Of a DNA stretch of 64,000 nt, positions 40,084 to 49,450 are shown in pieces. The position numbers and the translations under genes were made by a program. Source of the stretch: Candidatus Moraniibacteriota bacterium (GTDB lineage Bacteria > Patescibacteriota > Minisyncoccia > Moranbacterales > GWC2-37-73). The stretch spans positions 99,949 through 163,948 of the forward strand of contig JAAXUC010000001.1 of the NCBI GenBank assembly GCA_013336225.1. The letters run 5' to 3'. The notes beneath the pieces were generated by a model. That model did no database searches and was not told where the DNA came from. It worked only from the letters and a program-made list of their open reading frames with translations. Position 1 is the first letter of the stretch; each line of letters starts with the position of its first letter.

Positions 40084-40671
40084 ATGAATCTTAAATCAAC
40101 CAACATGAAAACAAAACTAAAGGAAGCAATCTATTGGGTGGGGGTTTCCGCAATTGGAATCGTAATCGGCTTCTCACTGCAATTCACCAAAGCTTGGTCT
40201 GAGCCAACAACTTCTGCTCCAAATGGAAACGTGGGCGCACCAATTAACACCAGCATCATTGATCAAGTCAAAAGCGGAGGAATGGTGGTATCTAATGGAA
40301 TTGTAACTTCAGTTCTCGGAGCCACCAAGATAACGGCTGGCACTGGAGGAGTCGCTTTTCCAGACGGAACAGTTCAAACCACTGCTTCTGCCCCAAGTCT
40401 TGGTGTATGTAATAAATCATACGTAAATGGATCGGAGGATAAATATTCCTCATGGATCGGTGTACGTTTCTGGGCACCTACTTTTACATGGACAGGGACG
40501 CGTTTGGATACTTGCAATGGTGATGTTGGCAATGCATACACCTGTAGTTTGACGGAGACGCGAACATGCAATGATGTCCAAGGATTCACTTATTACAAAG
40601 ATTATTGGAGGAGTTATAATTATCGGACTGTTACATGCGTGAAGCAATATGTTTGCAGTTACACAGAGTGA
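40084..40671 (+). CDS. Secreted/surface protein, paralog family A (second copy)
   Basis: IYWVGVSAIGIVIGFSLQFTKAWSEPT...GNVGAPI...VSNGIVTS...FPDGTVQTTAS and C-terminal DTCNGD..YTC..TRTC..C..C. Confidence 0.5.
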   Translation: MNLKSTNMKTKLKEAIYWVGVSAIGIVIGFSLQFTKAWSEPTTSAPNGNVGAPINTSIIDQVKSGGMVVSNGIVTSVLGATKITAGTGGVAFPDGTVQTTASAPSLGVCNKSYVNGSEDKYSSWIGVRFWAPTFTWTGTRLDTCNGDVGNAYTCSLTETRTCNDVQGFTYYKDYWRSYNYRTVTCVKQYVCSYTE

Positions 40672-40720
40672 TCATTTCTTTTCACGCTAAATTATAATCA
40701 TCAGTAGTGAGAAACATATT

Positions 40721-41401
40721 ATGGAAAACAAAAATATGACACAAAAACAAATATTTATTTTCGGAGCCATTGTTGGCATGATTGGAACGATTATCATTAT
40801 TGGATTTGGGATATATACATATGTCATGCGTGGAGGCAATCAGGAGATTTCACAACAAAGAGAAGTTGTGAAAAGTGAAAATGAGGTTTCTGCTTCAAAA
40901 CAAGAAGAAAGTGACTATGCCAAATCTGATGAAGAACTTGCCTTGAATGTTGCACGCAAGAACGCATCCTTGATTAATGATGCATATCTCACTGCTAACA
41001 TGGCTCATTGCGATTCTTTTTCAGGCGAAGAGTCTTTAAAGCAAACATGCATCGATGGTGTCTTATTTGCGCAATCAGTCAAGGATGATTCCGTAGCTGT
41101 TTGTGAAAAAATTGCAAACATTGAAACTAGAAATGATTGCGAAGAATTTTTCTGGAATTCTGTGTCACAAAAAAAGGGAAAGAAGGAGCTTTGTTTGAAT
41201 ATTTCAACAGAAGAGGGAAGAGTTTTTTGCAATAATAATTTTCAGTTTAAAAAAGAATTTCTTCTCAATCCGGCATTGTTTGATTGTGCCGCCTTTTCTG
41301 ATGATCAGATGAAGTCTGATTGTGTTGCTTTTAAAGCAGATCAAAAAAATTGCGAACTTTTTGTATCAACAGTATTTAAAGAGCATTGCCTTTCTGAGTA
41401 A
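40721..41401 (+). CDS. Hypothetical membrane-anchored Cys-rich protein
   Basis: 226 aa, N-terminal TM helix, numerous regularly spaced cysteines. Confidence 0.4.
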   Translation: MENKNMTQKQIFIFGAIVGMIGTIIIIGFGIYTYVMRGGNQEISQQREVVKSENEVSASKQEESDYAKSDEELALNVARKNASLINDAYLTANMAHCDSFSGEESLKQTCIDGVLFAQSVKDDSVAVCEKIANIETRNDCEEFFWNSVSQKKGKKELCLNISTEEGRVFCNNNFQFKKEFLLNPALFDCAAFSDDQMKSDCVAFKADQKNCELFVSTVFKEHCLSE

Positions 41402-41486
41402 ATGGATAAAAATATTGTAAAATATTGGTAAGAATATTTCTCAGTTAAAAATTTAGAAATAAATAATAAATTTTCAATCAACCAAT

Positions 41487-42506
41487 ATGCAAACAAAAAA
41501 ACAAAATTTAATTAAATTTGGGGCGACAATTGTGGTTTTTTGTGCGGTTTTTGCTGCGGCAAGCGCCACCAGGGCTGGCATTGGCAGCAGTGTCACTGGT
41601 TGGCTCTGGGGCGGAAGTGATGATGGCGCTGGAAATTCAAGTGGCGTGGGCTGGATCAGTATGAATGACACCAACTTGGGAACAGGTGCAACATATGGTG
41701 TTAATGTTCCACTTACTGATGGTGATCTGGTTGGCTCTGGTTGGAGTGAGAATCTTGGATATCTTGCCTTTGACAATTCTGGTGGATATCTTAATGGATG
41801 TCCTGATGGAAACTGCATAGCCAAGCGCGTGGGTAGCTCCTTGCAAGGCTGGGCAAGATTTGTGGAAATTGCCCAGGCTAGCGCAGTTGGAAATTCAGGT
41901 GGATGGCTGGGTTGGATAAAATTGAGCGGTGTTGATCAAGGCGGTTCAGCTTATGGTGTGACGATTGAAAGCGATGGCAAATTAAATGGCAGTGCTTGGT
42001 CAGATGAGCTTGGTTGGATTAAATTTCAAGGTGTGACAACAGGCGCTACTCCCGCTGCCTATGGCGCTGTCATGCCAGCTTTGCCAAATGTTGCACTGAC
42101 TGCAATTCCTGGGATAATAAATGTTGATACTAATCCAAATTGGTCAACATCTGGCGTACCTATAGTTTTAACATGGAGCGGTGTGACCAATGCAACAACC
42201 TGCACAAAAAGTTGGGATGTTGCCAATCCAATTCCGGCAGCAAATGGAACAGAAACGGTTTCACAAAATACACAACTAGTGACCTATAGTATTACTTGCA
42301 CTGGTCCTGGTGGGTCAAAAACTGCAACAGCAATGCCTGTTTATTCTGCTTGTTATGCAAAAGAATGCGCTGTCGGCAAGTGTGTTCCATCAGGAACGCC
42401 TACTCCTGCAATGAGTTCTGCAACATGCACACCACTTAACACATGTTCAATTGACAATGATTGTAAGGCTAGAGAAGTTACTGATTGGAAAGAAGTGGCA
42501 CCTTGA
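41487..42506 (+). CDS. Secreted repeat protein (GxxWSxxLGWIxF repeats)
   Basis: Signal peptide; repeats GSGWSENLGYLAFD / GGWLGWIKLSG / GSAWSDELGWIKFQG; Cys-rich C-terminus. Confidence 0.4.
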   Translation: MQTKKQNLIKFGATIVVFCAVFAAASATRAGIGSSVTGWLWGGSDDGAGNSSGVGWISMNDTNLGTGATYGVNVPLTDGDLVGSGWSENLGYLAFDNSGGYLNGCPDGNCIAKRVGSSLQGWARFVEIAQASAVGNSGGWLGWIKLSGVDQGGSAYGVTIESDGKLNGSAWSDELGWIKFQGVTTGATPAAYGAVMPALPNVALTAIPGIINVDTNPNWSTSGVPIVLTWSGVTNATTCTKSWDVANPIPAANGTETVSQNTQLVTYSITCTGPGGSKTATAMPVYSACYAKECAVGKCVPSGTPTPAMSSATCTPLNTCSIDNDCKAREVTDWKEVAP

Positions 42507-42560
42507 TGAGTTTATAAAGTTAAAAAGTTTATCAAGTTCATAAAGTAATTTGATACATAG

Positions 42561-42617
42561 AAAATCCCGCGAAAGCGGGATTTTCTATTGCCCAAAAGCA
42601 TTTTATGTGGGTATAAT
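42561..42617 (+). promoter_or_regulatory. Terminator hairpin followed by the argS promoter (TTGCCC-17-TATAAT), with the -10 box only 6 nt from the ATG (leaderless-type)
   Basis: AAAATCCCGCGAAAGCGGGATTTTC hairpin; TTGCCC aaaagcattttatgtgg GTATAAT gaagat ATG. Confidence 0.45.
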
Positions 42618-42623
42618 GAAGAT

Positions 42624-44288
42624 ATGAAAGAATCAATTCAAAAACTTATATCCAAAGCTGTTTTAGCGGCAAAAAAGGCTCATTCTTGGGCTGATTTTGA
42701 GATGCCAGAAATAACAGTGGATTATCCCAAGAGTGAACAATTTGGCGATTATACGACCAACATTGCCCTTATTTTGGCTAAAAAAGCTGGGAAAAGCCCG
42801 ATGGAAACGGCAAATTATCTCAAAGAGATTATTTGTCATCCTGAACTTGTTTCAGGATCCCGCAAGGTTACTAATGGCGAGCAAAGCACAGAGATCCTGA
42901 AACAAGTTCAGGATGACATGGCGGGGATTTTTGAAAAAATTGAAGTGGCGGCGCCGGGATATTTGAATTTCCATCTTTCCCAGCAATATTTGCAAGATTT
43001 GACGAAAAAAATCAATATTGAAAAAAACAGTTTTGGAAATTCGCAGATTGGAAAAGATGTTAAAATCAATAATGAATTTATTTCCGCCAATCCGACTGGG
43101 CCGCTGCATCTTGGAAATGGTCGCGGTGGATTTTATGGCGACTCACTTACGAGGGTTTTTAGAAAAGCTGGATTTGAAGTTACTAATGAATATTATGTGA
43201 ATGATGCTGGCGGACAAGTTGAAAAACTTGGACACAGTGTGCTTAAAGATGAGGAAGCTGCCTACATAGGAGAATATATCGATGACTTGAATGTGAAATA
43301 TGCAGAGCTTGGCGATGTGCGAAAAGTTGGTCAACTGGCGGCCAAGGAAGTTTTGGAAAATATCATCAAGAAAACTGCCAAGGAAAAAATGCAGATTGTT
43401 TTTGACGTGTGGATGAGCGAACAAAAATTGAGCGATGATGGATATGATCAGCGTGCAATTGAAATGCTCAAAGAAAAAAAAATGACCTATGAATCAGAAG
43501 GAGCACTGTGGCTGCGAACAACTGATTTTGGCGATGATAAAGACAGGGTGCTGATCAAGAAAGACGGTAAAAATGCCTATATGGCTGGCGATTGTGGATA
43601 TATGCTGAATAAGATTGAAAGAGGCTATTCTCGCTTGGTGATGGGGCTGGGAGCTGATCATCACGGTTATGTTTCGCGGCTGAAGGCAGTGGCTTTGGCG
43701 CTTGGTTTTGCAGGAGATTTTCGAATCATCATTTCTCAGATGGTGCGGTTGGTGAAAGATGGAAAGGAAGCTCGCATGAGCAAACGCGCTGGCAACGTAA
43801 TTAATTTGGATGATCTGATTGATGAGATTGGGCATGATGTGACTAGATTTTTCTTCTTGATGTATTCTCCGGACACGCACATGAATTTTGATTTAGGATT
43901 GGCAAAAGAACGCAGCGCCAAGAATCCAGTTTTCTATGTGCAATATGCGCATGCACGCATTTGCAGTATCCTGGAAAAAGCTGAGCATGGAACAGAAAAT
44001 GCAAAACTCGAATTATTGGTTCATGAAAAAGAATTGAGCTTAATCAGGGAGCTCAACAAATTTCCAGAATTGATTGAAACAATTGCTGAAAATTATGAAG
44101 TGCATAAACTGCCACAATATGCCATGAAATTGGCTGACAAATTCCATTCTTTTTATGATGCTTGTCGGGTGATTGACGAAGAAAATCCGCAGCTGACAAA
44201 TGCTAGACTTTTCTTGATAAATGCTGTTAGAATAGTGCTAGCTGAGACCCTGGGCCTTATTGGGGTGGATGCGCCAGAAAAAATGTAA
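42624..44288 (+). CDS. argS: Arginyl-tRNA synthetase
   Basis: N-terminal Arg_tRNA_synt_N domain, a HIGH-like region (ANPTGPLHLGNGRGG), a KMSKS-like block (RMSKRAG), and the anticodon-binding DALR domain. Carries an in-frame 83-bp palindromic insertion at 42835-42917. Confidence 0.9.
   Translation: MKESIQKLISKAVLAAKKAHSWADFEMPEITVDYPKSEQFGDYTTNIALILAKKAGKSPMETANYLKEIICHPELVSGSRKVTNGEQSTEILKQVQDDMAGIFEKIEVAAPGYLNFHLSQQYLQDLTKKINIEKNSFGNSQIGKDVKINNEFISANPTGPLHLGNGRGGFYGDSLTRVFRKAGFEVTNEYYVNDAGGQVEKLGHSVLKDEEAAYIGEYIDDLNVKYAELGDVRKVGQLAAKEVLENIIKKTAKEKMQIVFDVWMSEQKLSDDGYDQRAIEMLKEKKMTYESEGALWLRTTDFGDDKDRVLIKKDGKNAYMAGDCGYMLNKIERGYSRLVMGLGADHHGYVSRLKAVALALGFAGDFRIIISQMVRLVKDGKEARMSKRAGNVINLDDLIDEIGHDVTRFFFLMYSPDTHMNFDLGLAKERSAKNPVFYVQYAHARICSILEKAEHGTENAKLELLVHEKELSLIRELNKFPELIETIAENYEVHKLPQYAMKLADKFHSFYDACRVIDEENPQLTNARLFLINAVRIVLAETLGLIGVDAPEKM
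42835..42917 (+). mobile_element. 83-bp miniature palindromic element with perfect 25-bp terminal inverted repeats, inserted in-frame in argS
   Basis: GTCATCCTGAACTTGTTTCAGGATC at 42835-42859 and its exact reverse complement at 42893-42917 flank a 33-bp spacer. Each arm is itself a hairpin (CCTGAA-cttgt-TTCAGG). It corresponds to an extra roughly 28 aa relative to canonical ArgS. Confidence 0.75.
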
Positions 44289-44459
44289 GCGCTGCTGTAG
44301 CGCTTGAAATTCCGTCGCTCACCACAAATGAAAGCAAGCTTTCGCTTGTGGATTCACTAGGAATTATAAATAATGCGAGCTTTTAGCTTTTAGTCGTTAG
44401 CTTATTAGGTAGATCCTAAAAGCTATAAGCTAATGAAGCTATAAGCTGGTTAAAATCAT

Positions 44460-45623
44460 ATGAAAATTGGAATTGATGCCCGCTCAATCTTGAACCCTGA
44501 AAAAGGAGATGCAATTGGGGTGGGGCACTATACTTACCAATTGATCAGGCATTTGCTTAAAATCGATAAGGAGAATGAATATGTCATCTTCTTTGATTTT
44601 CGGGTGCGCGAAAAAGATGTGAAGAAATTTGCGGGTGAAAATGTGAAAATAAAATTCTATCCCTATTCTGATTACAAGAAATATTTGCCAGGAGCATATA
44701 GTGAAATTTTGGGAACAGCGACATTGCAAAAAGAAAACTTGGATGTACTGCATTCAACTTCAGCTTTCAATCGCATTCCAATGGGTTACAATGGGAAAAC
44801 GATGGTGACCTTTCATGATATGTCGATGTTTAGCATCCCACAATATTTGTCAGCTGTGAAAAGAACCAAGAATAAAGCAGTGGCACGTTTGATGGCAAAA
44901 AAAGCTGACAAGATTGTGGCAGTTTCGCAGTCGATCAAAGATGATTTGGAAAAGTTTATCGGACAAGCTGCTGAAAAAACACAAGTTGTGTATAGCGGTT
45001 TGGACAAAAGATTTTTCGATGAATCTGAAATGACTGATGGAAAAGTGCTTGGAAAACATGACATTACCAAGAAATACATTCTTTTTCTGGGAACACTTGA
45101 ACCTTCAAAAAACATCGCACGCTTATTGGAGGCCTTTTCAAAATTCAAAGCTGCGCAAAAACAGAAAAATGCTGGCAAATTTGAATATCAATTGGTTTTG
45201 GCTGGAAAGCGTGGTTGGCTTTCACAAGAATATCTGCAAATCATCAGGGATTTTGGTTTGACGAAAGACGTGGTCTTTACAGGCTATGTGATTGGAGATG
45301 AATTGGTGCCACTTTTCCATGGAGCTGAATTTTTTGTGATGCCATCTCTATATGAAGGATTTGGCATGACAGTGCTGGAAGCTTTTGCAACCAGGACTCC
45401 AGCTATTGTTTCAAATGTTGCTTCGTTGCCAGAAATTGTGGGTGATGCAGCTTTGATGGTCAACCCAGTTGACACTTTGCAACTTGCTGAAGCCATCGGT
45501 AAATTTGCAGTAGATAAGTCTCTTCGGGATGAATATGTTGCAAAGGGAATTGAGCAAGCCAGGAAATTCAATTGGGATAAGACTGCACAGGAAACATTAG
45601 AGATTTACAAAAGTTTCAAATAG
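44460..45623 (+). CDS. Glycosyltransferase family 4 (GT1/GT4 fold)
   Basis: C-terminal EGFGMTVLEAFATRTPAIVSNVASLPEIVGDAA motif typical of GT4 retaining glycosyltransferases. Confidence 0.7.
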   Translation: MKIGIDARSILNPEKGDAIGVGHYTYQLIRHLLKIDKENEYVIFFDFRVREKDVKKFAGENVKIKFYPYSDYKKYLPGAYSEILGTATLQKENLDVLHSTSAFNRIPMGYNGKTMVTFHDMSMFSIPQYLSAVKRTKNKAVARLMAKKADKIVAVSQSIKDDLEKFIGQAAEKTQVVYSGLDKRFFDESEMTDGKVLGKHDITKKYILFLGTLEPSKNIARLLEAFSKFKAAQKQKNAGKFEYQLVLAGKRGWLSQEYLQIIRDFGLTKDVVFTGYVIGDELVPLFHGAEFFVMPSLYEGFGMTVLEAFATRTPAIVSNVASLPEIVGDAALMVNPVDTLQLAEAIGKFAVDKSLRDEYVAKGIEQARKFNWDKTAQETLEIYKSFK

Positions 45624-45691
45624 GAATAAGATAGGAATATAAAAGCATTGAAGGAGTCATCACTCCTGAGCTGCGAAAAGAAACGACTGCT

Positions 45692-45747
45692 GTCGTCCTG
45701 AACTTGTTTCAGGATCTACGTAGATTCCGGATCAAGTCCGGAATGAC
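45692..45747. repeat. 56-bp near-perfect palindrome related to the argS element (left arm GTCGTCCTGAACTTGTTTCAGGATC, centre TACGTA, right arm GATTCCGGATCAAGTCCGGAATGAC)
   Basis: Left arm differs from the argS copy at 1 position. The right arm carries several substitutions that preserve the hairpin (CCGGA-tcaag-TCCGG). Confidence 0.6.
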
Positions 45748-45874
45748 ATGCAATCAGAGTAGAATTCGTCGGGTAAGCCCGTTATAGCCAAAAAACAAGG
45801 GTAGAATGTATAATGTAGAATGTATGACGTATGAAAATACATAATACATAATACTAAATACATGATACTGAAGC

Positions 45875-45888
45875 AAGGTGGTACCACG
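45875..45888 (+). promoter_or_regulatory. T-box-like conserved sequence AAGGTGGTACCACG about 60 nt upstream of ileS (candidate T-box leader)
   Basis: 12 of 14 matches to the T-box consensus AGGGUGGNACCGCG; the UGGU would pair with the ACCA end of a tRNA with discriminator A (tRNA-Ile). Confidence 0.25.
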
Positions 45889-45949
45889 TTTTACGACGTC
45901 CTTATGCATTTATTTGCATGGGGATTTTATTTTATAATTTTAAAAATAT

Positions 45950-48862
45950 ATGAGTTTTAAAAAAGTTGATCCAAAACAATCACTGCCGAGAATGGAAGAA
46001 GAAGTGCTGAAATTTTGGAATGAGGAAAAGATATTTGAAAAATCTTTGGAAATCAGGAAAGGTGCTCAAGAATACACTTTTTATGATGGTCCGCCGTTTG
46101 CCACGGGAACTCCGCATTATGGCCATTTGGTCGGCTCAACCATGAAAGATGTTGTTCCGCGCTATTGGACGATGCGTGGTTTTCACGTGGAGCGCAAGTG
46201 GGGCTGGGATTGTCATGGACTTCCAATTGAAAATATTGTGGAAAAAGAATTGGGCAGCAAAGCGAAAAGTGAAATTGAAAAACTTGGAGTGGAAAAATTC
46301 AATGAGCTTTGTCGCTCAAAAGTTTTGGAATATGTGGATGTCTGGAAAGTGGTGATCAATCGCATGGGTCGCTGGGCTGACATGGACAATGCTTACAAAA
46401 CCATGGATTTGCCATATATGGAATCAGTGTGGTGGGTTTTTAAGGAGCTTTGGAGCAAGGGGCTTATATATGAAGGTTATCGTTCAATGCATATTTGTCC
46501 GCGCTGTGAAACCACCCTTTCTCAACAAGAGGTCAGTGAAGGTTATTTAGACATCAAGGATTTGTCAGTCATTGCAAAATTTGAATTACTGGAAGAGCCT
46601 GGCACTTTCGTGTTGGCTTGGACCACCACTCCATGGACGCTCATTGGAAATGTGGCTTTGGCTGTAAATCCCGCAATTGACTATGCCTATGTGGAAATGG
46701 TTAACATTCAGGATGATGGAAGTTTCAAGGAGGAAATTTTCGTGGTGGCTAAAGACAGAGTGGAGAGCTTATTTAAAGATAAGAATGTTGAGATTGTGCG
46801 CGAAATTTCAGGTGCGGAGTTGCTTGGAAAGAAGTATAAACCGGTTTTTGACTATTATGCTAAGACTGAGACTGAAAATTTTGCCAATGGATGGAAGATT
46901 GTGGGTGGAGATTTTGTGGGAGCTGAAGATGGCACGGGAATTGTGCACATTGCTCCAGCTTTTGGAGAAGACGATTTGAAACTTGGACAGGAACATGAGT
47001 TGCCCTTCGTGCAACATGTTGGAATGGATGGAGTGATTAAGAAAGAGGCAGGTGAATTTGCCGGTCTTAGTGTGAAGCCGATTGGCGACCACACCACTAC
47101 CGATGTGGAAATAATCAAATATTTGGCTAAAAATAAAACTCTTTTTGCTAAGGAGAAATATGAACACAGCTATCCTCATTGTTGGAGATGCGACACACCA
47201 CTCATCAACTACGCGACGAGTTCTTGGTTTGTGAAAGTCGCTCAAATAAAATCAAGCGCCATTGATTTAGCAAAAGAAATAAAGTGGTCTCCTGAAAACA
47301 TTAAGGAGGGACGTTTTGGAAAGTGGTTGGAAGATGCGCGCGATTGGTCAATTTCACGTCAACGTTTTTGGGCTTCAGTCATTCCGATCTGGCGTTGTGA
47401 GTGCGGGGAAACAAAAGTTTTCGGCTCAGTGGCTGAATTGGAATCTGTTAGCGGAGAAAAAATCACCGATCTGCATAAACATTTTGTTGATAGAATCGTG
47501 CTTAAGTGTGAGGCTTGCGGGCAAGCTATGCATCGCGTGCCTGATGTTTTGGACACCTGGTTTGATTCTGGTTCAATGCCATATGCGCAGCAGCATTATC
47601 CTTTTGAAAACAACGAAAAATTCGATCAGAATTTTCCAGCTGAATTTATTGCGGAGGGTGTGGATCAAACGCGCGCTTGGTTCTATTATCTGCATGTCAT
47701 TGCCACGGCCATCAAACAATCTCCGGCTTTTAAAAATGTGATTGTAAATGGTATCGTGCTAGCCGAGGACGGAAAGAAGATGGCTAAGAAGCTTAAGAAT
47801 TATCCAGATCCAATGCTGATGTTTGATAAATATGGCGCTGACACAATCAGGCTGTATTTGATGGGCTCACCAGTGGTAGCTGCGCAGAATTTGAATTTTT
47901 CTGAAAAAGATGTGGCAGAAATCATGCGAGGCATGATGCGTATGCTTTGGAATTCATATTCATTTTTCGTGCTGTATGCCAATATTGATAAGTGGGAGCA
48001 CCGGGATTTCTTCAAACATTCAACAGCCACAAATTTGCTGGATCGCTGGATTCTCTCGGAACTTAACACTTTGATAATCTCAGTGCATGACGGTATGGAG
48101 AATTATGAGATCCATCGCGCGGTCAGAGCCTTTCCAAAATTCATTGATGATCTTTCTAATTGGTATGTGCGGCGTTCTCGCAAGCGTTTTTGGAAAAGTG
48201 AAAATGATGTCGATAAAAATGAAGCGTATGCCACCTTGCATCATGTATTAGTGAATCTGTCTAAAATGATGGCTCCGTTTGCGCCGTTTATGGCGGAGGA
48301 AATTTTCAGGAATTTGACCGGCAAGGAGTCTGTGCATTTGGAGGAGCTGCCAACCGGCGATAATCATCACGTGGATGAGTTCTTGAATGATGAAATGAGA
48401 AGAGTGCGTGAAATTGTGACGGAAGGTTTACAGCTGCGCGCTCAAGCCAAAATTAAAGTTCGCCAGCCACTGGCCAGTGTGACCATTAAAGGCGTGTTTG
48501 CTGATGAGCTTGTGGAAATCATCAAGGAAGAACTAAATGTGAAAAGTGTGGCAATCGATGCTGAGCAAATTGAAAAAGTTTTGCTCGATACAGTTGTCAC
48601 GCAGGAGCTTGCTGAAGAGGGCGTGGCGCGCGAGATCATCAGACACATTCAAGAGATGCGCAAGGAAGCTGGCTACGAAGTTGACAATAGAATAAAAATA
48701 TGCTATAATAGACAATCAAGCGTCTTTGAAAAATTTGGCGAACTTATTGCCAAAGAAACCTTGGCTGACAGCCTTGTGAAAGGCTTGATGGATGATGCTG
48801 ATCTGACAAAAGAAATTGAGCTTGATGAAGGAAAAAATGCAATAGCCATCAAAAAGCAGTAA
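45950..48862 (+). CDS. ileS: Isoleucyl-tRNA synthetase (eukaryote-like type 2)
   Basis: PPFATGTPHYGHLV (HIGH region of the type-2 IleS form), KMAKKL (KMSKS), CP1 editing domain, 970 aa. Confidence 0.9.
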   Translation: MSFKKVDPKQSLPRMEEEVLKFWNEEKIFEKSLEIRKGAQEYTFYDGPPFATGTPHYGHLVGSTMKDVVPRYWTMRGFHVERKWGWDCHGLPIENIVEKELGSKAKSEIEKLGVEKFNELCRSKVLEYVDVWKVVINRMGRWADMDNAYKTMDLPYMESVWWVFKELWSKGLIYEGYRSMHICPRCETTLSQQEVSEGYLDIKDLSVIAKFELLEEPGTFVLAWTTTPWTLIGNVALAVNPAIDYAYVEMVNIQDDGSFKEEIFVVAKDRVESLFKDKNVEIVREISGAELLGKKYKPVFDYYAKTETENFANGWKIVGGDFVGAEDGTGIVHIAPAFGEDDLKLGQEHELPFVQHVGMDGVIKKEAGEFAGLSVKPIGDHTTTDVEIIKYLAKNKTLFAKEKYEHSYPHCWRCDTPLINYATSSWFVKVAQIKSSAIDLAKEIKWSPENIKEGRFGKWLEDARDWSISRQRFWASVIPIWRCECGETKVFGSVAELESVSGEKITDLHKHFVDRIVLKCEACGQAMHRVPDVLDTWFDSGSMPYAQQHYPFENNEKFDQNFPAEFIAEGVDQTRAWFYYLHVIATAIKQSPAFKNVIVNGIVLAEDGKKMAKKLKNYPDPMLMFDKYGADTIRLYLMGSPVVAAQNLNFSEKDVAEIMRGMMRMLWNSYSFFVLYANIDKWEHRDFFKHSTATNLLDRWILSELNTLIISVHDGMENYEIHRAVRAFPKFIDDLSNWYVRRSRKRFWKSENDVDKNEAYATLHHVLVNLSKMMAPFAPFMAEEIFRNLTGKESVHLEELPTGDNHHVDEFLNDEMRRVREIVTEGLQLRAQAKIKVRQPLASVTIKGVFADELVEIIKEELNVKSVAIDAEQIEKVLLDTVVTQELAEEGVAREIIRHIQEMRKEAGYEVDNRIKICYNRQSSVFEKFGELIAKETLADSLVKGLMDDADLTKEIELDEGKNAIAIKKQ

Positions 48863-49012
48863 GCTTTAATAGCTATGTAGGTTGATGTTGACTTATTTGG
48901 GACTGGTGGTATGCTTTAGATAAGAAAGCATCAGTTCTTTACATGAGGACGTTCAACGATAGTGGTTCACACTAACCATGCCTGAAAATGAGTCAGGAGA
49001 AGGAGGCTTATC

Positions 49013-49255
49013 ATGGGAAAAACAGTTGGTTTGTCTTTGGCCAGGATAGGACTTTTATTTGTCGCAGTTATCATCACTATTGCACTTATTGCACTGTATG
49101 TGGCGACAGCAATCTGGATTTGGCAATATGCCGTTGGTCATCCAGTTTTGCTTGAAGCTGCTGGACGTGTTCTGTTGGCAATAACTTTTGTCATCTTGTT
49201 ATGCAGCATTTTGCCAGGAACATCCTCCGGGCGTCGCTATTACATCCCAGGTTAA
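49013..49255 (+). CDS. Hypothetical small membrane protein (2 TM helices)
   Basis: 80-aa ORF with a GGAGG SD (AGAAGGAGGCTTATCATG). Confidence 0.4.
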   Translation: MGKTVGLSLARIGLLFVAVIITIALIALYVATAIWIWQYAVGHPVLLEAAGRVLLAITFVILLCSILPGTSSGRRYYIPG

Positions 49256-49298
49256 AAAACTCAGCCGTTGCATTGCATATGCAGCGGCTTTTTATTAT

Positions 49299-49421
49299 CG
49301 AACGTAGTGAGCGAAATGATTTGTCAGCAGACAAAATCATTTCCGTCCGCCAGCTGGCGGAGAGTGATGATAACAAATTGGTTTAATACCTTGCGGCTTG
49401 CCCCGGGGTTAATACCTGTTT
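49299..49421 (+). repeat. About 120-bp repeat element, copy a (13-bp stem hairpin GAAATGATTTGTC-agcag-GACAAAATCATTTC and GGTTTAATACC units), immediately upstream of recO
   Basis: Shares GAGCGAAATGATTTGTCAGCAGACAAaaTCATTTCCG and GGTTTAATACCT with 50272-50400; a diverged reverse-oriented relative lies at 62575-62640. Confidence 0.6.
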
Positions 49422-49450
49422 ATTATTTACAGACCGCGTATAATGGATAT

